In this document: piece after piece, positions 41,401 to 53,520 of the stretch
Layout of the letters: each line of letters begins with the position of its first letter
Position numbering within the stretch: position 1 is the stretch's first letter
Assembly: GCA_030704615.1 (NCBI GenBank)
Contig: JAKLZA010000295.1
Span: forward strand, 47,001-111,000
DNA length: 64,000 nt
Reading direction: 5' to 3'
From: Takakia lepidozioides
Lineage: Eukaryota > Plantae > Bryophyta
Position numbers and translations under genes: made by a program
The notes under the pieces: generated by a model
Told to the model about the DNA's origin: nothing
Database searches by the model: none
The model's input: the letters and a program-made list of their open reading frames with translations, nothing else

Positions 41401-42060
41401 GTCCCCTGGAATTTATCAGTGACCAGGGAAGTCACTTCATTAATGAGACCATTGAACTATTGACTAAAGAGTTCATGATTGTGCATAGGAAGAGTACAAC
41501 ATATTACCCACAGGGTAATGGGCAGGCAGAGGCTACCAACAAAATACTATGTACTATCTTGGCTAAGATAGTCAATGCAAACAGAACAGATTGGGATACA
41601 AAGCTGCTGACAGCTTTGTGGTCATACAGGACTTCATATAAAGTCACCACTAAGTATACACCATTCCAATTAGTTTATGGTATGGAAGCTTTACTTCCAG
41701 TGGAATTCTTGTTACCTACCATGAGAACTGAATGGGGAAGGAGAATGGAATTAAGGTCAGGAAACATGAATTATACCATGTGGAAGAAGTACGTGCTGAT
41801 GCAGCTGATAACATGACCAGAATTCAGATGAAGAGGAAGGATCAGTTTGATGAAGGTAAATTAAAGACTTTTAAGACGGGAGATTTGGTTCTGTGGTTGC
41901 AGAAGAAGGGGAAGATTAAAGCTTCTAAGCTTAAATCACCATGGAAAGGACCTTATGTCATACAGAAGATGTATGATAATAACACCGCCATGTTACAAAA
42001 CCATTAACAAAGAAATGCTGGGAAGAGTCAATGCCAATAAGTTGAAGGGGTACAGTGGTA
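38494..42060 (+). CDS. pol: Gypsy pol (PR-RT-RH-IN), frameshifted
   Basis: ORFs 38494-40674, 40487-41161, 41107-41337, 41319-41816 and 41732-42007 chain into a canonical pol. Confidence 0.9.
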
Positions 42061-43035
42061 TCCATGACAAACCATTGCAGCACGATTTGCATGTTGAAAC
42101 GCAAAAACAGTCACGGGCTGCGCCAGTGATACCAACGGAGTATGGAGCACTTGTCGCTAAGCCGAGCGTGTATGACCAGGGCGGGAAGTACAGGTGTTCG
42201 CATAGCTATCACAGCCCATCACAGCGTGACACAGCCTATCACAGCCCACCACACAACAGCCTGTCACAGCCCAACACAGCCCATTTACACAGTCCATAGG
42301 GTCAGTGACAGGTGGACGTTAACGTCAGAAAAGTGGCCATCAAGTGAAGAAGAAGTTTGGAAGTCAAACTTGGAGAATATGCCACGCGAGAGGGAAGTCG
42401 GGGGCATGTCTAGAAAGGACACGTGGCCACTAAGGCGAAGCACACCGCACTGCATATTGCAAAGTGGGTCTCATCATGCAAGAGGACAAATCGGGCCGTC
42501 AAAGTACCTACCCGGTACATAAACTATTTGTGGGCCCATTAATGCATTCAGGTAAGGGTAACGGAACCCTTTCCGAGTACAGAAACCTATGCCACATGTG
42601 CTGTCCTACTGGACATTCCAGGTGGGAATGTCCACGGAGGGGGTGGAATTAAGAAGTTACCTAAGCAGGCAACAGCCAATCAGGAGTGCGAATTACATGC
42701 AGGTGGTTCCCTCCAAGAAACAAGAACAAGAAATAGGAAGTGTTATGAGCGGAAGAGTCGGGGTGGCTCCGAATAGCCAGTGTCTCGACGGAGGGGCAAT
42801 CAAAGCACTAGCTTTGTAGCTATGGCGGATGTAACGATTACACACTCGCTTTACTTCTCACGCAGTGGCGCAAGGACGGACGAATTGAGAGTACATTTTC
42901 TCTCACTCGATACTTGCAAGCCCCACAGGCTTACACGCACTTACCTGTTCCATTCTGTGCCAACCATACCTTCATGCTCTGTGCCCTGCAAGCTTTCCTT
43001 CAGCTGTTTCAAACAAAGCCTTTTGTTTGTCTAGA

Positions 43036-46000
43036 ATGAAGAGAGTGAGGGGAATGGAGGATATCAGGGTGAAGAGCACCACGATTCTGCAGAAGCAAAC
43101 AATTGCAGCACCGCAGGCAGTGCAGCTGCTAAGGGAGTTGCGATTGGAGGGCTGCTACGCAAGGACTGGTCCTTGCATCATCGGCAGTATATGATTCAAT
43201 TTCTTCAGAACTTTGAGCCTCGGACGGGAGTTACCCAGGTGAGGGGAGTAGATATAGAAATTACTCCCCAGTACCTGCAGCAATTGTTTGATTTGCCATC
43301 AGGTCATGTGGATGTGGATGAGCACAGGGCAAGATTGCAGATAGGGAATTTGTTCCAAGAAGGGAGTTTCTTTAAGACTCAAGGTTACGCTTGTACCAAA
43401 GCCGAGTACCCAGGGCTCAGAGAAGTTGGCCAAATATTGAACGTTCTGTTGCCATGAAACAGAACCAACAGTATTTGAGCAGGTCATTCACAGAGGAGAT
43501 CCTGAAAGCTTTGAGGGGAGAGGATGTAGCTTGGGCGGAGTTAATGTACAATGGTCTGGTGGACGAGATGAAGAGGTTACAGGGCACTGCTGCTAAGTCT
43601 CCGATCATTGTGTCTGGTCCAGTCATTGCCCAAATTCATTCTTGATACTCGGGAACGTAAGGAGATGGGAGTGTTTGAGGCAGAACCACTGCAATTGAAG
43701 AGCAGGGCTCTTCACATAGTGAGGGTGGACTGGCAGGGCAACACCAGTCTAAGAGACAGAAGCGGGGTATGACTGTAGTGGCGGATCCACTGGCTTCACG
43801 GAAACCGCAAGATGATGTTTCCCAAGCTCTTGTGCAGGATGGGGCACAGCAGCACAGAGGCTGTTATTATTGGAAGCACGGCCTTCGGAGAGGGAAGAGA
43901 AGTCAATTTTACCACAGCCACCACACCAGTTGACTCAGTTGTTTAGAGGTCCACAGTTAGACATGCTGTGACACACCCCCAATTGCTCTGGAAGGAGAAA
44001 GGTTGGACATTCCCACTACAGAGCAGGTCGTGGCCGAAATTGAGAAGGGTGACCTTCTCTATGAAAACTCTGGCTTGGTAAGGGAATCAGTGGTTCCAGA
44101 GGTGCAGCGTTGTCCAGGGAAAAAACCCTGCTTGCATGTAATACCCACACCTGTGACGGAGGTACCAGGGGTAGAATATAAGGACACTGCAGCACCTGTG
44201 GAGGATGAGGTGGTTCAGGAAGAGAATCTGGTGGGGCAATGGCCTGAATGGTTGGTGAGGCATCACACTGTGGAGGATCAGGGAGAACAGCAGCAAGTTC
44301 ACCATGATGACCCTCAGCAGGCCATGCTTATGAGTTCCATAAGCAGACACTTAATTTGTTGGGCACTTATGTGAAATCCCATGTTCCATCTACCCAATTG
44401 GCAGCTTTGAGGGAGGAACTCAGGAAGGAGTTTGAGGCTCGAAGATGAGGAGGTCAATCTCAAGTTACAGCAAGAGTTGGAGGACACAAAGGCTGCTTTG
44501 CAGTTGGCCAAGGGACATTTGATTGAAGCAGGCCTCGAGCAGGACCAGTTGCATGAAGCACATAAGCAACAGTTATACCAATTGCAGGTGAAGCATGAGG
44601 GCAAGTTGCAAGAAGTGAATGTACTACATACAGAGTTGGAGGCAGTACATGAGAGATGACCATACAATGTGCTACACTCACAACTACTCTTGAGCAAACT
44701 GCATTAGAAGTTAACAGACAAGGGGAGAGATGTATGAGGGCAGAAGCTGAGATAATAGAGCAAGCAAAACTCATTGTTGATATGAAGAATACAATCTGTC
44801 GCAATGAGAATACTTTCAAACAATACAGACAGGTTGAGGCTGACCAGAGAGGTACATCCTGGAGTTGCAACAAAGTCATGGTCAATAGAAATGAACTCTC
44901 TGTGGCTAACAAGGCTTGGAAGGAAGCCAATAATCTGGCTGCTGCCTATGCGGGTTGGTTGAACCTCATGCGAAGCGCATGGAGGCTTTACAGCAGCAGT
45001 TAGATGTGTACAGACTCACGGAGGAGCAGACTCTCAGGGGTGCCACACACGACTTGGTGGATAACCACCTTATGCAGGTCTGGTTAGCACAAGGGCCGGT
45101 AGAAGGCAAAGCACCACGGAAGCTCACCCAGGGCGAGATGAATGAGCTCAGATTGCAGGTGCAGAACATTGCCACAACTACTATAGACAATGTCTATAGT
45201 AGGATAGCGGAGCTACAGGAGGATGTGGAAGGCCTGCAGACTCAAGTGGATGACCTGAGTTCAAATATTGACAAGAGAGTCTTTGTTCCTGAGGAGCAGC
45301 TGATGGCTACTTATTTACATGCCAGGACTCTAATTTTTCAGTCTTCTTCGCAGGGGGTGCAGGAGATGCCAGTGGTAGAAGGGCCAGTGGTACCAATACC
45401 ACAGCAGGTGGCTGTGCAGGTAGCTGACCCTGTTGTTACTACAGCCACACCCTGAGGTATGGGGGGATGCTGCTTTTAACCCACCTAAGACTCCTGCTGC
45501 ACGGAGTACAGTCGGGCTATGATTATGCCCTTCAACCAAATTCCCATTGTGTTGGATTTGGCTTGGAAGGAATTTAGTCCTCCGCAGTCGTTGGCACATT
45601 ACTACCAGATCATGCGCATTTGGTTGCCAGTGGCAACTCGGACTAAGGTTCTTCCGAACAATCGACCCATTGAGGATCATCACTTTGCGAGGTACTGGTC
45701 TGAGGCAGGTACCATGCTGAAGGAATTAATTGCCTTCCAGGTTGTACATGGGTACATTATACCAAGACCAAGGAGGTATCTAGTATTGTCATGGGCTGTG
45801 GATTATACTATGCTGCTTGTTTTCTGGCACGTTATCACATTGAGCAGCAGAAGATGCAATCACGATTTCTGAGTTATTCCAGTGGGGATCATTGGGTCTT
45901 ACCTTCAGTGCCACCTCATATGTACCTATATGATGCAAAAGTTATGATGCAGAAGGATTCCCAACTTCGTTCATGGTTTAATTCGGCTTGGAACAATTTG

Positions 46001-46496
46001 ACAACACAGAAATTCGGCCTGAGGATATTTTCTTTAAGGGACATGAAGCCTGGAAATACTTACACTGTTCCAAAGTCATTGGCACACCTCTCACCTATAC
46101 GATAAGGAGTTCAGGGGTTCACTAATTTTGCTTGCAAGCGCTTACAACAAGTTGTACAGTTTAAACTTCCAGACATGGTGGGACCACATTGTATGCCACA
46201 CAGGATTCCACTTAAAGTTCGGCCGTTAAAACACCTAAGGGGACGAGGATTCTGATACTACTGTTTCTTCGGACTCTTTTGACATGGCAGAGGACTATGC
46301 ACTTCAGATGGCAGAGAAGAAACGACGGGGATCTCCTATGCCTGAGAGGTTACCTCGTTATCAGCCAAAGGAGGGTCAGACATTTCCAGGTAGTGCTCAA
46401 TCATCTCCATCAGCCAGTGACAGGACTCGGGCTCGCACACGGAGTCCTTCACGAGACTCACCGTCAGAAGGGTGCTCGCTCACAAAGGTTTGCTAA
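43036..46496 (+). CDS. Accessory ORF downstream of pol (Athila/Tat-like extra ORF, with coiled-coil middle), frameshifted
   Basis: IQFLQNF..QVRGVDIEITPQYLQQLFDLP resembles plant retrotransposon extra-ORF domains; heptad-rich region 44432-45300; lies inside the element before the PPT. Confidence 0.55.
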
Positions 46497-47165
46497 TCCC
46501 AAACAGTAAACCGTGAGGACACGGCTTTTTGAGAGGGGAGGGGTAATGTTAGAGGGCTGCTTGGGACTTAGACGCTTTTACGGGTTCTGTGGGGTACCCT
46601 TAATTTTTGCGCAGACTGAGACCAACAGGAGCCTTAGGGGTGGCAGCAGCAGGCTTTAGGGGGGGGACACAGCACACAGCACAGCACACAGCCACAGCAC
46701 AGCCACACCTTACAGCCAGTCACAGCCCGACACAGCTTTACACAGCCTGTCACAGTACATGGGGAACAGTTATCATTGACAGGGAACGACTGTGAGGGAA
46801 CGACATCTGCAAGGGAACGTGTTACTTCAGGGGTGACGGTTAGTTAGTTAGGTGGTTAGAACAGCTTGCGGGATTAGGAGAGCGGCAACGGGAAGGGGAC
46901 ACTTCACGGGGAGCGCTTCTTGGTCATGCATGAGAGGAGATCAGGGGAGAGCAAGAACGAGAGCAGGATCACTTCTGGAGGAGGGCGACTTCTTTGAGAG
47001 AGGAGGAGAGACATAATGGAGAGGAAATAGTGTAGAGGAGATGATGACTTGAATGAGGCTTAGTTCATGCAAGCTGCAGAATTATACAGTAGGATATAAT
47101 AGAGACACCATGGAATAGGCATGATACATGATTAATCTTAATCCGATACTAAATCGATACAAACA

Positions 47166-49094
47166 TGGCCAGTGTGCATCAGGTGCGGTCTTGGATTGGA
47201 TCGGCGGTGCTATTGGATGTAGTAGCGGTGGGATCACGCGTGCATCGACCTCGATTGTGGTGGACCAATCTTGCACCATCAGAGCTGCTCAAGAGAGCAT
47301 ACGATTCCATTCAACGGCCATCCAATCTCACGGTTGAAGGCATTTTGGACTAAGGGAGGCAACCACAGAGAGTGCGACATGATGATCGTCCACCTCTAGC
47401 AGTGGTCAATCGAGTGGGGCAGCCACGTGCGGCCTTATCTACGCTCATGAGCTTTCCCTCGTCTCATGCTTTCCGAGACAATGGTCCTGGGTTGATTTGG
47501 GATAGTGTGCTACAACAATTGGTGGAGCACAATACGGATGAGCGAGAACGGGCAATGGGTTTTACCACGGGCACTACAGATGTGTCAGCTCTGTCAGAGT
47601 ATCACGCCGCCAAGTGTTGGGTCAAGCAATGGATTTAAATTGCTTGACATGGATAATTGGCTTGTGCATGGCTGAGCAACGGAGATTGCAAGCATTGGTG
47701 GCTACTTTTGTACTCCCATTGGATAGTGCATCCTCCCTGCCAACCGGGACGGTTGAGGCAGTGAGTAGGGGCGAGCACAGGATCATGGGTTGCAAACACC
47801 CATGGCAGATGTGGGATGAGATGCGCAAAGAGAGAGTCATTGGATCTCTCAAGCAGCAGTATGAGGAGTGGGGAGAGCCACGGACTAATGATCAGTTGGA
47901 GGCCAAGGTGGCCAAGGTTTTTGAAGAGGTTGAGAATATTTCTTGCTCAGAGGATATTCTCAAGGTGGCTATGGCGGAGCAAGTACAGACTACGCCACAG
48001 TCAGATTGGGCGGACAAGGCCTAAGAGGTTGCTATCTAGCAACCAAAGGATTCGTCTCCTACCTCCAAGTCTGGTGTACCCAAGGTTGCAGTCACTAGGG
48101 ACAATTGGGAACCAGATGTTGGACCTACAGTCACCGGAGGAGAGATGGAGGATCCAGCAATTTCAAAGGGCTTATATAAATTGTTTTGCCTTCAGTTTGA
48201 AGGATTTGGGGAATTTGAAGGGTCAGGAGATTTGTAATGATTTGGCAAGTGACACGCCAATCTTTCAAAGGCCCTACCGGTATAGTGACATGGAGAGGTC
48301 ATTGATCCAGTCACGGACTATGGGAGTTGTTCAAAGCTGGATTGGTGGAGTTGTCAGGCGGGGAGTATGCCTCTTCAACGGTGATGCCAGCTAAAAAGGA
48401 TATCTATGGCAATTGGACAGAAAGAAGGATGTGTGGGGACTATCGTCCTGTGAACCGTCAGACTAAGTCCGATAGATATGCCATGCCAACTCCAGAGGAG
48501 ATCTTTGATGCTATTGGACATACAAAGGTGTTTAGCACATTGGACTTGCGATCCGGTTACCACCAGTTGCCAATCAAAGAGGCTGACAAGCAAAAGATGG
48601 CATTCTGGGGGATTGACCAACATGGGAAGGATTGTTTGTACCAATGGCGGTTCTTACCGTTTGGGTTGAAGAATGCTCCTGCAGAGTTTCAGAGGGTCAT
48701 GGATAGGATTCTCGCGGGGCTAGACTTCGCCTGGTGCTACATTGATGACATCATTGTCTTTAGTGCTACGGTTGAGGAACATGAGAGACACCTTCATGTG
48801 GTATTTGGACGCTTGAGAGCGCACGGGTTGAAACTGCACCCCGGAAAGTGCAAGTTCTTCCACAATCAGATTGAGTATCTGGGCCACATGATATACCCTG
48901 GAGGATTGGGTGTTCAACAGACAAAGGTGGAGGCCATTGCATGCATTCCACGCCCCATGGATGTGAGCAGAGTTCGTGCTTTCATGGGATTGGCAAACTA
49001 CTATCGACGGTTTGTCAAGGGATTTAGCAGCATTGCAAAGGCTCTTACCAAGTTGACCAAGGTGGGTCAAGAGTGGCAATGGGAGGAGGAGCAG
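47166..49094 (+). mobile_element. Gypsy pol fragment with the C-terminal half of a C5 cytosine methyltransferase followed by RT
   Basis: LLDVVAVGSRVHRPRLWWTNL (motif VIII-like), ERERAMGF (IX), RQVLGQAMD (X); then RMCGDYRPVN, LDLRSGYHQ, PFGLKNAP, YIDD; cut at 49094 by the TIR element. Confidence 0.8.
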
Positions 49095-49639
49095 GGAGGT
49101 TTGCTATTTCATGAGCATGAGCGGCATGAGCGGCATGAGCGGCATGAGCGGAGTAGTAAGACAAATTTTTCATGAGCAGAAGTACAAATTTCGAAAATAA
49201 AAAACAATAAAAAACAATACTTTAATGCAAAATGTCAAGAAAAAAAATTATTATTCGGTCCCTGAAGGGAAACTTGCAGTTTTGACAGTTTGTGCTCATA
49301 TAATTTCGTTCCGCTCATGCCAATTCAGCGGACATGTGCAATATGGCGCCGAATTCGCGGAAATGGTCCGTAACCTGAAAAAACGGCAACGTATTCGCAG
49401 TAATAGGTCTCTCTGGCGAAAATTGGCCGAAATCCGGGCTATAGGTCCCCTCATGACAGGTAATTCGGCGCCATTTTTCCAGAAATGGCCCAACAACTGA
49501 TTCTGTTGGATCTCAATTTGAATGGAATATTTGCCTCATTCCAGGAGTTTTGGGGTGCATTTCATTACACTGCAAAAAAAAAATCTGATACAGCAAAATG
49601 CAATTGAAAATATCCATATGGAGGATTCCCTTTGCCCCA

Positions 49640-52600
49640 TCAATGATTTCTGGAATCCCAAAGGAGGAGTTTGTGCAGCTCGTTCACGCTCAACGCCGGT
49701 GCATGAATAAAGTCATCAATAGTCACGTTCATCCTCAACCTCTTCAGGTAAATGTAATACAGATGCTTGCACGGATAATACTTCGAACCCTTCTTTGCTT
49801 CCATCAACGACAAGTCCGTACAATTGCAAGTCGGCTCCACTCCAATCGTAATTGTGTATACATCGTCGCGTACAGCCGAGCCGGCCGTTGCCATCCGATT
49901 ACACACGCCCAAGGCCGGGTGGGGGTACGTCCACGGAAGATCTGAATAGTGCAAGCCATCCCAAGAGCATTGGCAATCCGAGTCTCATTCAACTTGTTGG
50001 GAGGGTGTCGTCTCTTCACTCTTCCGAATCGCATTGTGGGATGTGCAGAATTGTCCAATCCGTCTCTACTGGACCGAGCAGTCTGCAATGGCTGGGTCTG
50101 AGGAACCGGAAATGCGTGGCCCGGGATGTCTGTGCGTTGCACCATTCGAAATCCTGCTGCAGAAAGAGAGCATCCGCTCTCATTCTGAGAGAGGCTGCAA
50201 CCCGGTGCAACAGGCCAGATGCCCGGAGGCTCCGGCATTCCTGAATCCGTACTTGGGCTTGCCAAATACACAGGTCATTATGTCGTGCCTACAGAACCAA
50301 AATGTCTGCGTTGTGGCGTGAGCAAATGTGGGAGTCAAAACTCTGCCGCTGAAACAAGGTGCAGGTACAACACTGTGTGGGTTCCTCCGAATCATCTCAC
50401 CACAACGTGCTCTCGTATCCACCCGGATGGCGCAGTACTTCCCTTGAAATGCCGGCAATGTCCTTGCAATTCTCCACTGTGACTCCAACACTCTTGTCTC
50501 CACAATGGGAATGTTGTACTGCTTTATTACAGATGGCTCGTTATGTTGCCGGGGCACGCGCCTGTGCTCGAAGGAGATGGCGATCTTGAACGTGCAGGAC
50601 TTGCGGTGCTCGACGAGACCTCCTCGGGCAACATCACCGGACCACGAGGGAGCGTGCAAATTCTTGTCAGCTCGCCATGAATCCTCTTCTCCGCCAGGTG
50701 CCTCGTCAAGTCTTTGTCTCACTGGACGGGTATGAACATCTCCTTCCAAATGTTGGCCTCTTCGCAGCAATGGCGTGTCCCGAAGGCCCTCTCGCAAGGC
50801 CGCCGCCCCACTTCCGAGGATTCTTCGATCTAGAGGCAGTCCGCATCAGCATTTCCTGCCTGTCCGGCCCCCAAGCCCACTGTTTCCCTTTCAAGAACTC
50901 GTTGTATCTGCATTGCTGGCATAATTGACCTCACAATGTCATCCGTTGTGGCAGTGAGGATGTCCACCAGATGTGCCGCAGAGGAGGCACGCCAGGAAGA
51001 GTGCACTGATTCGGCCATGTTTGTCGTGGGCATGTCGGTGTCGGAGGTCAAGACACATTTCCTGCACAAGCACATGTTGAGGTTACAAGCAAGTTACAAA
51101 TATGGCCAAGATAATATTCAACGGGACGCGAATTCGTGCAATTCACCTCCCGCATATAGTCGCCGAACTGGAGGAAACGATAATGCGCCATGCTAGCCAA
51201 CTGACCATTGCTCCCTCGTCTGATTTCCTTACAGCACCTGACGATGTCCACCAAGCCCGTATGCATGCAAACTGTGTCTCTGCATCATCCAGGTGGGAGC
51301 GCGCTTCCACGCAAGGCACATGGAACGGTTGCTCCTCTCTGAAATCTGGCGCCACGAGCCTGGTTGTGTACTGCGAAAGGCTCTGCAGAAAATGGAACCC
51401 ACAAGATCTCTCCTTGCCTTCTATGGGAACATTGGGGTCTTGCCCGTACACCCTTCGGATGGCAGCCCAATTTGCTTGTGCGTTGTCCGCATGAAACCAC
51501 GGAAATTGGGAGGGGCAATCCCGCCTTGGCCATCTGTTCGTTTGATTCCCTGCCAAAGAAGCATCTCCAATTGTGTGTCCTCTCCTTTCATCTCACAAAT
51601 AGCAATTGTCATTAGCATCCTGCAGTGGGTGTCGTAGACATGTGCACCCATTGTCACCACTGGTGATTTATAATTCGCTTGATATGGTCGAACATGACCC
51701 AACTGTTTGACAAGTTCCCACTCGTCATCCTGTCGACCAGTTCGACGCCGCTGCCAGGTACACGTGGACATTTTGAATACGAAACAACGATCTGCCTCAG
51801 TCCCTTGTCCTGGAAACCTACTTCCATGAATATAGTCATATCCACATCGTCGCTTCACCTCCAGAATGGAGTGCATATCCGAGCCACGCCCAATTTTCTG
51901 TTTGCATGAGACAATGTGGTTTCGGACATTCGGTGATGACATACGTGGGACACAGCACCTCCATTCTTCTCGTCGAGGAGGAACTCTATCGGAAGCCGTC
52001 TTCCGAGCATAATTCTGGCCAATGCCATCTTATGGGCGGCTTGGAGCTGTATCTGTTTGGGTTTGGCACCCGGTCTCAACTTAACCTCCTCCTGAACGAG
52101 CTGCTCTGCTTCGTGGGCAGCCTCCCGCGAGTTCCCCCTCGCCAATTTGTGACAATGGGAACCAACGTGTATGCAAGCTCGGGTGAGGTCAGGGAAACGG
52201 TGCAACACATAGAACTGCTTGGCATTACAAACAGACATGCAGTGTGGTGGTTCTTTGCAATGCGCACACTTAAATGTGGAGTTCGGAACCTTCTCCTGAG
52301 CTCGAAATGGTTGGTGAGCTGTGCCTGTCCAATCGGTCTCGTTCCTGTGACCTCTGGATTTAAAGTGGAAGCAAGTTGGGGAGAAACACCGCAACGCGCC
52401 CGCACAAACAACGTAGCGCACCCGCACACCATCAAGCATCTTCATGCTGGTGGTTTTGGTAACGCACCAAGGATGACCGTCATGTTTTCTATCCATATCT
52501 GTCAACATTCCGGACGCCCTCGAGTAGTCCGCCCGAGGAGGGAACTCAAAGAAGATATTACCGTCGACGTCGGCGGGAAGGCATGTAACCGATTTAATTG

Positions 52601-53221
52601 CGAACTTGCTGTAGTCCAGCCCGGCCAGCTCCGACCGGTGTCCCTCCAGGTGAAGCCCTCGCAGAATTTCTAGAATAGATCGAACTGCGGTGCTCGTGCT
52701 GGGAATATGACTCCCTCCTCCACTGACGTCCATTGAGGACTTGCCTGATCTCCAGGACGACCTCGGAACTTCCATGACCTCGTCTGAGTCGGACAGGTTG
52801 TGAACAACCCGTTCTCGGTCGTCTTCATGGATGGGTTCGGCTCTGGATTTACTTCGTTGCGGACTTCTCTCTTTGAGGTACCCACTCTCTGATTCGCGGA
52901 TTGTTTCGTGGAAGGCGCCAGGATAGACGGTGCATTTGGCGGGCAAATGAAGTCCCCAACAGCCCTGTATATGACGCTGTCCGATGGTGGAACTCGCCAT
53001 TCCCTGCCATCGCCGAAATCATCGTGGAGCACAACAATACTCTCGACAACAAGGCCGTTTGAGTCCTTCCTTTCCTCCTCCAAAAAAACCGACCCCGGTT
53101 TCAGGTGGTATCGAACGCACAGATATTTCTCCATCACCCGGCAGGTGTCCCCTCTGCACGGAAATGAAGCTCTATGCTCGTGAGGAGGGCAGTACACTGT
53201 AGCGCTCGGGTTTTCCGCCAT
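49640..53221 (-). CDS. Mutator/MULE-like DDE transposase with SWIM finger (copy B), frameshifted; intron 51062-51146
   Basis: MDRKHDGHPW, RACIHVGSHCH, MFDHIKRI, ADNAQAN, CGFH, TTNMAESVH, CNCTD..YPCKH; colinear with copy A, same intron position. Confidence 0.8.
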
Positions 53222-53520
53222 GGGAGATGTGCACACAAGACTGCCAGGATGGCGTGCGGGGAAGCTCCCTGGTAGAAGGGGGTGCAGCGATGGGAATGAA
53301 TGCGATGCCGATTTGTCCGAGCGACGAAGCCTGATCCAAATCCAGGGAGCCAACTATCTCAAAAATCCACAGTCAGAGTGTTAATGAACCTTGTCTCCGG
53401 AATGCGGCCCCTCGTCTTTGCGCAATAACTGCCAACGGTATGCAGTCAGAAAGTGGGGGGCCGTCCGGATGATGACGGCTGAAGGGGATAAGCCGGCACC
53501 GTGCCGTCACATTACTACCC

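Larger units (their letters stand above)
38140..47165 (+). mobile_element. Ty3/Gypsy element, 5'-truncated, with pol, an extra sense ORF and a 3' LTR (46547-47165)
   Basis: Protease LIDGGSGVN, RT FLDD, RNase H CDAS, integrase WGLDFVGP, SDQGSHF and WKGPY; PPT GAGAGGGGAGGGG followed by LTR TGTT...AACA. Confidence 0.9.

Noticed and set aside
47166-47180. TGG after the LTR as a PBS (LTR being a 5' LTR)
   Set aside because: The LTR is preceded by a PPT and the following sequence reads directly as DNMT coding sequence.
51906-52673. 255-aa plus-strand ORF
   Set aside because: Antisense shadow of the copy B transposase.
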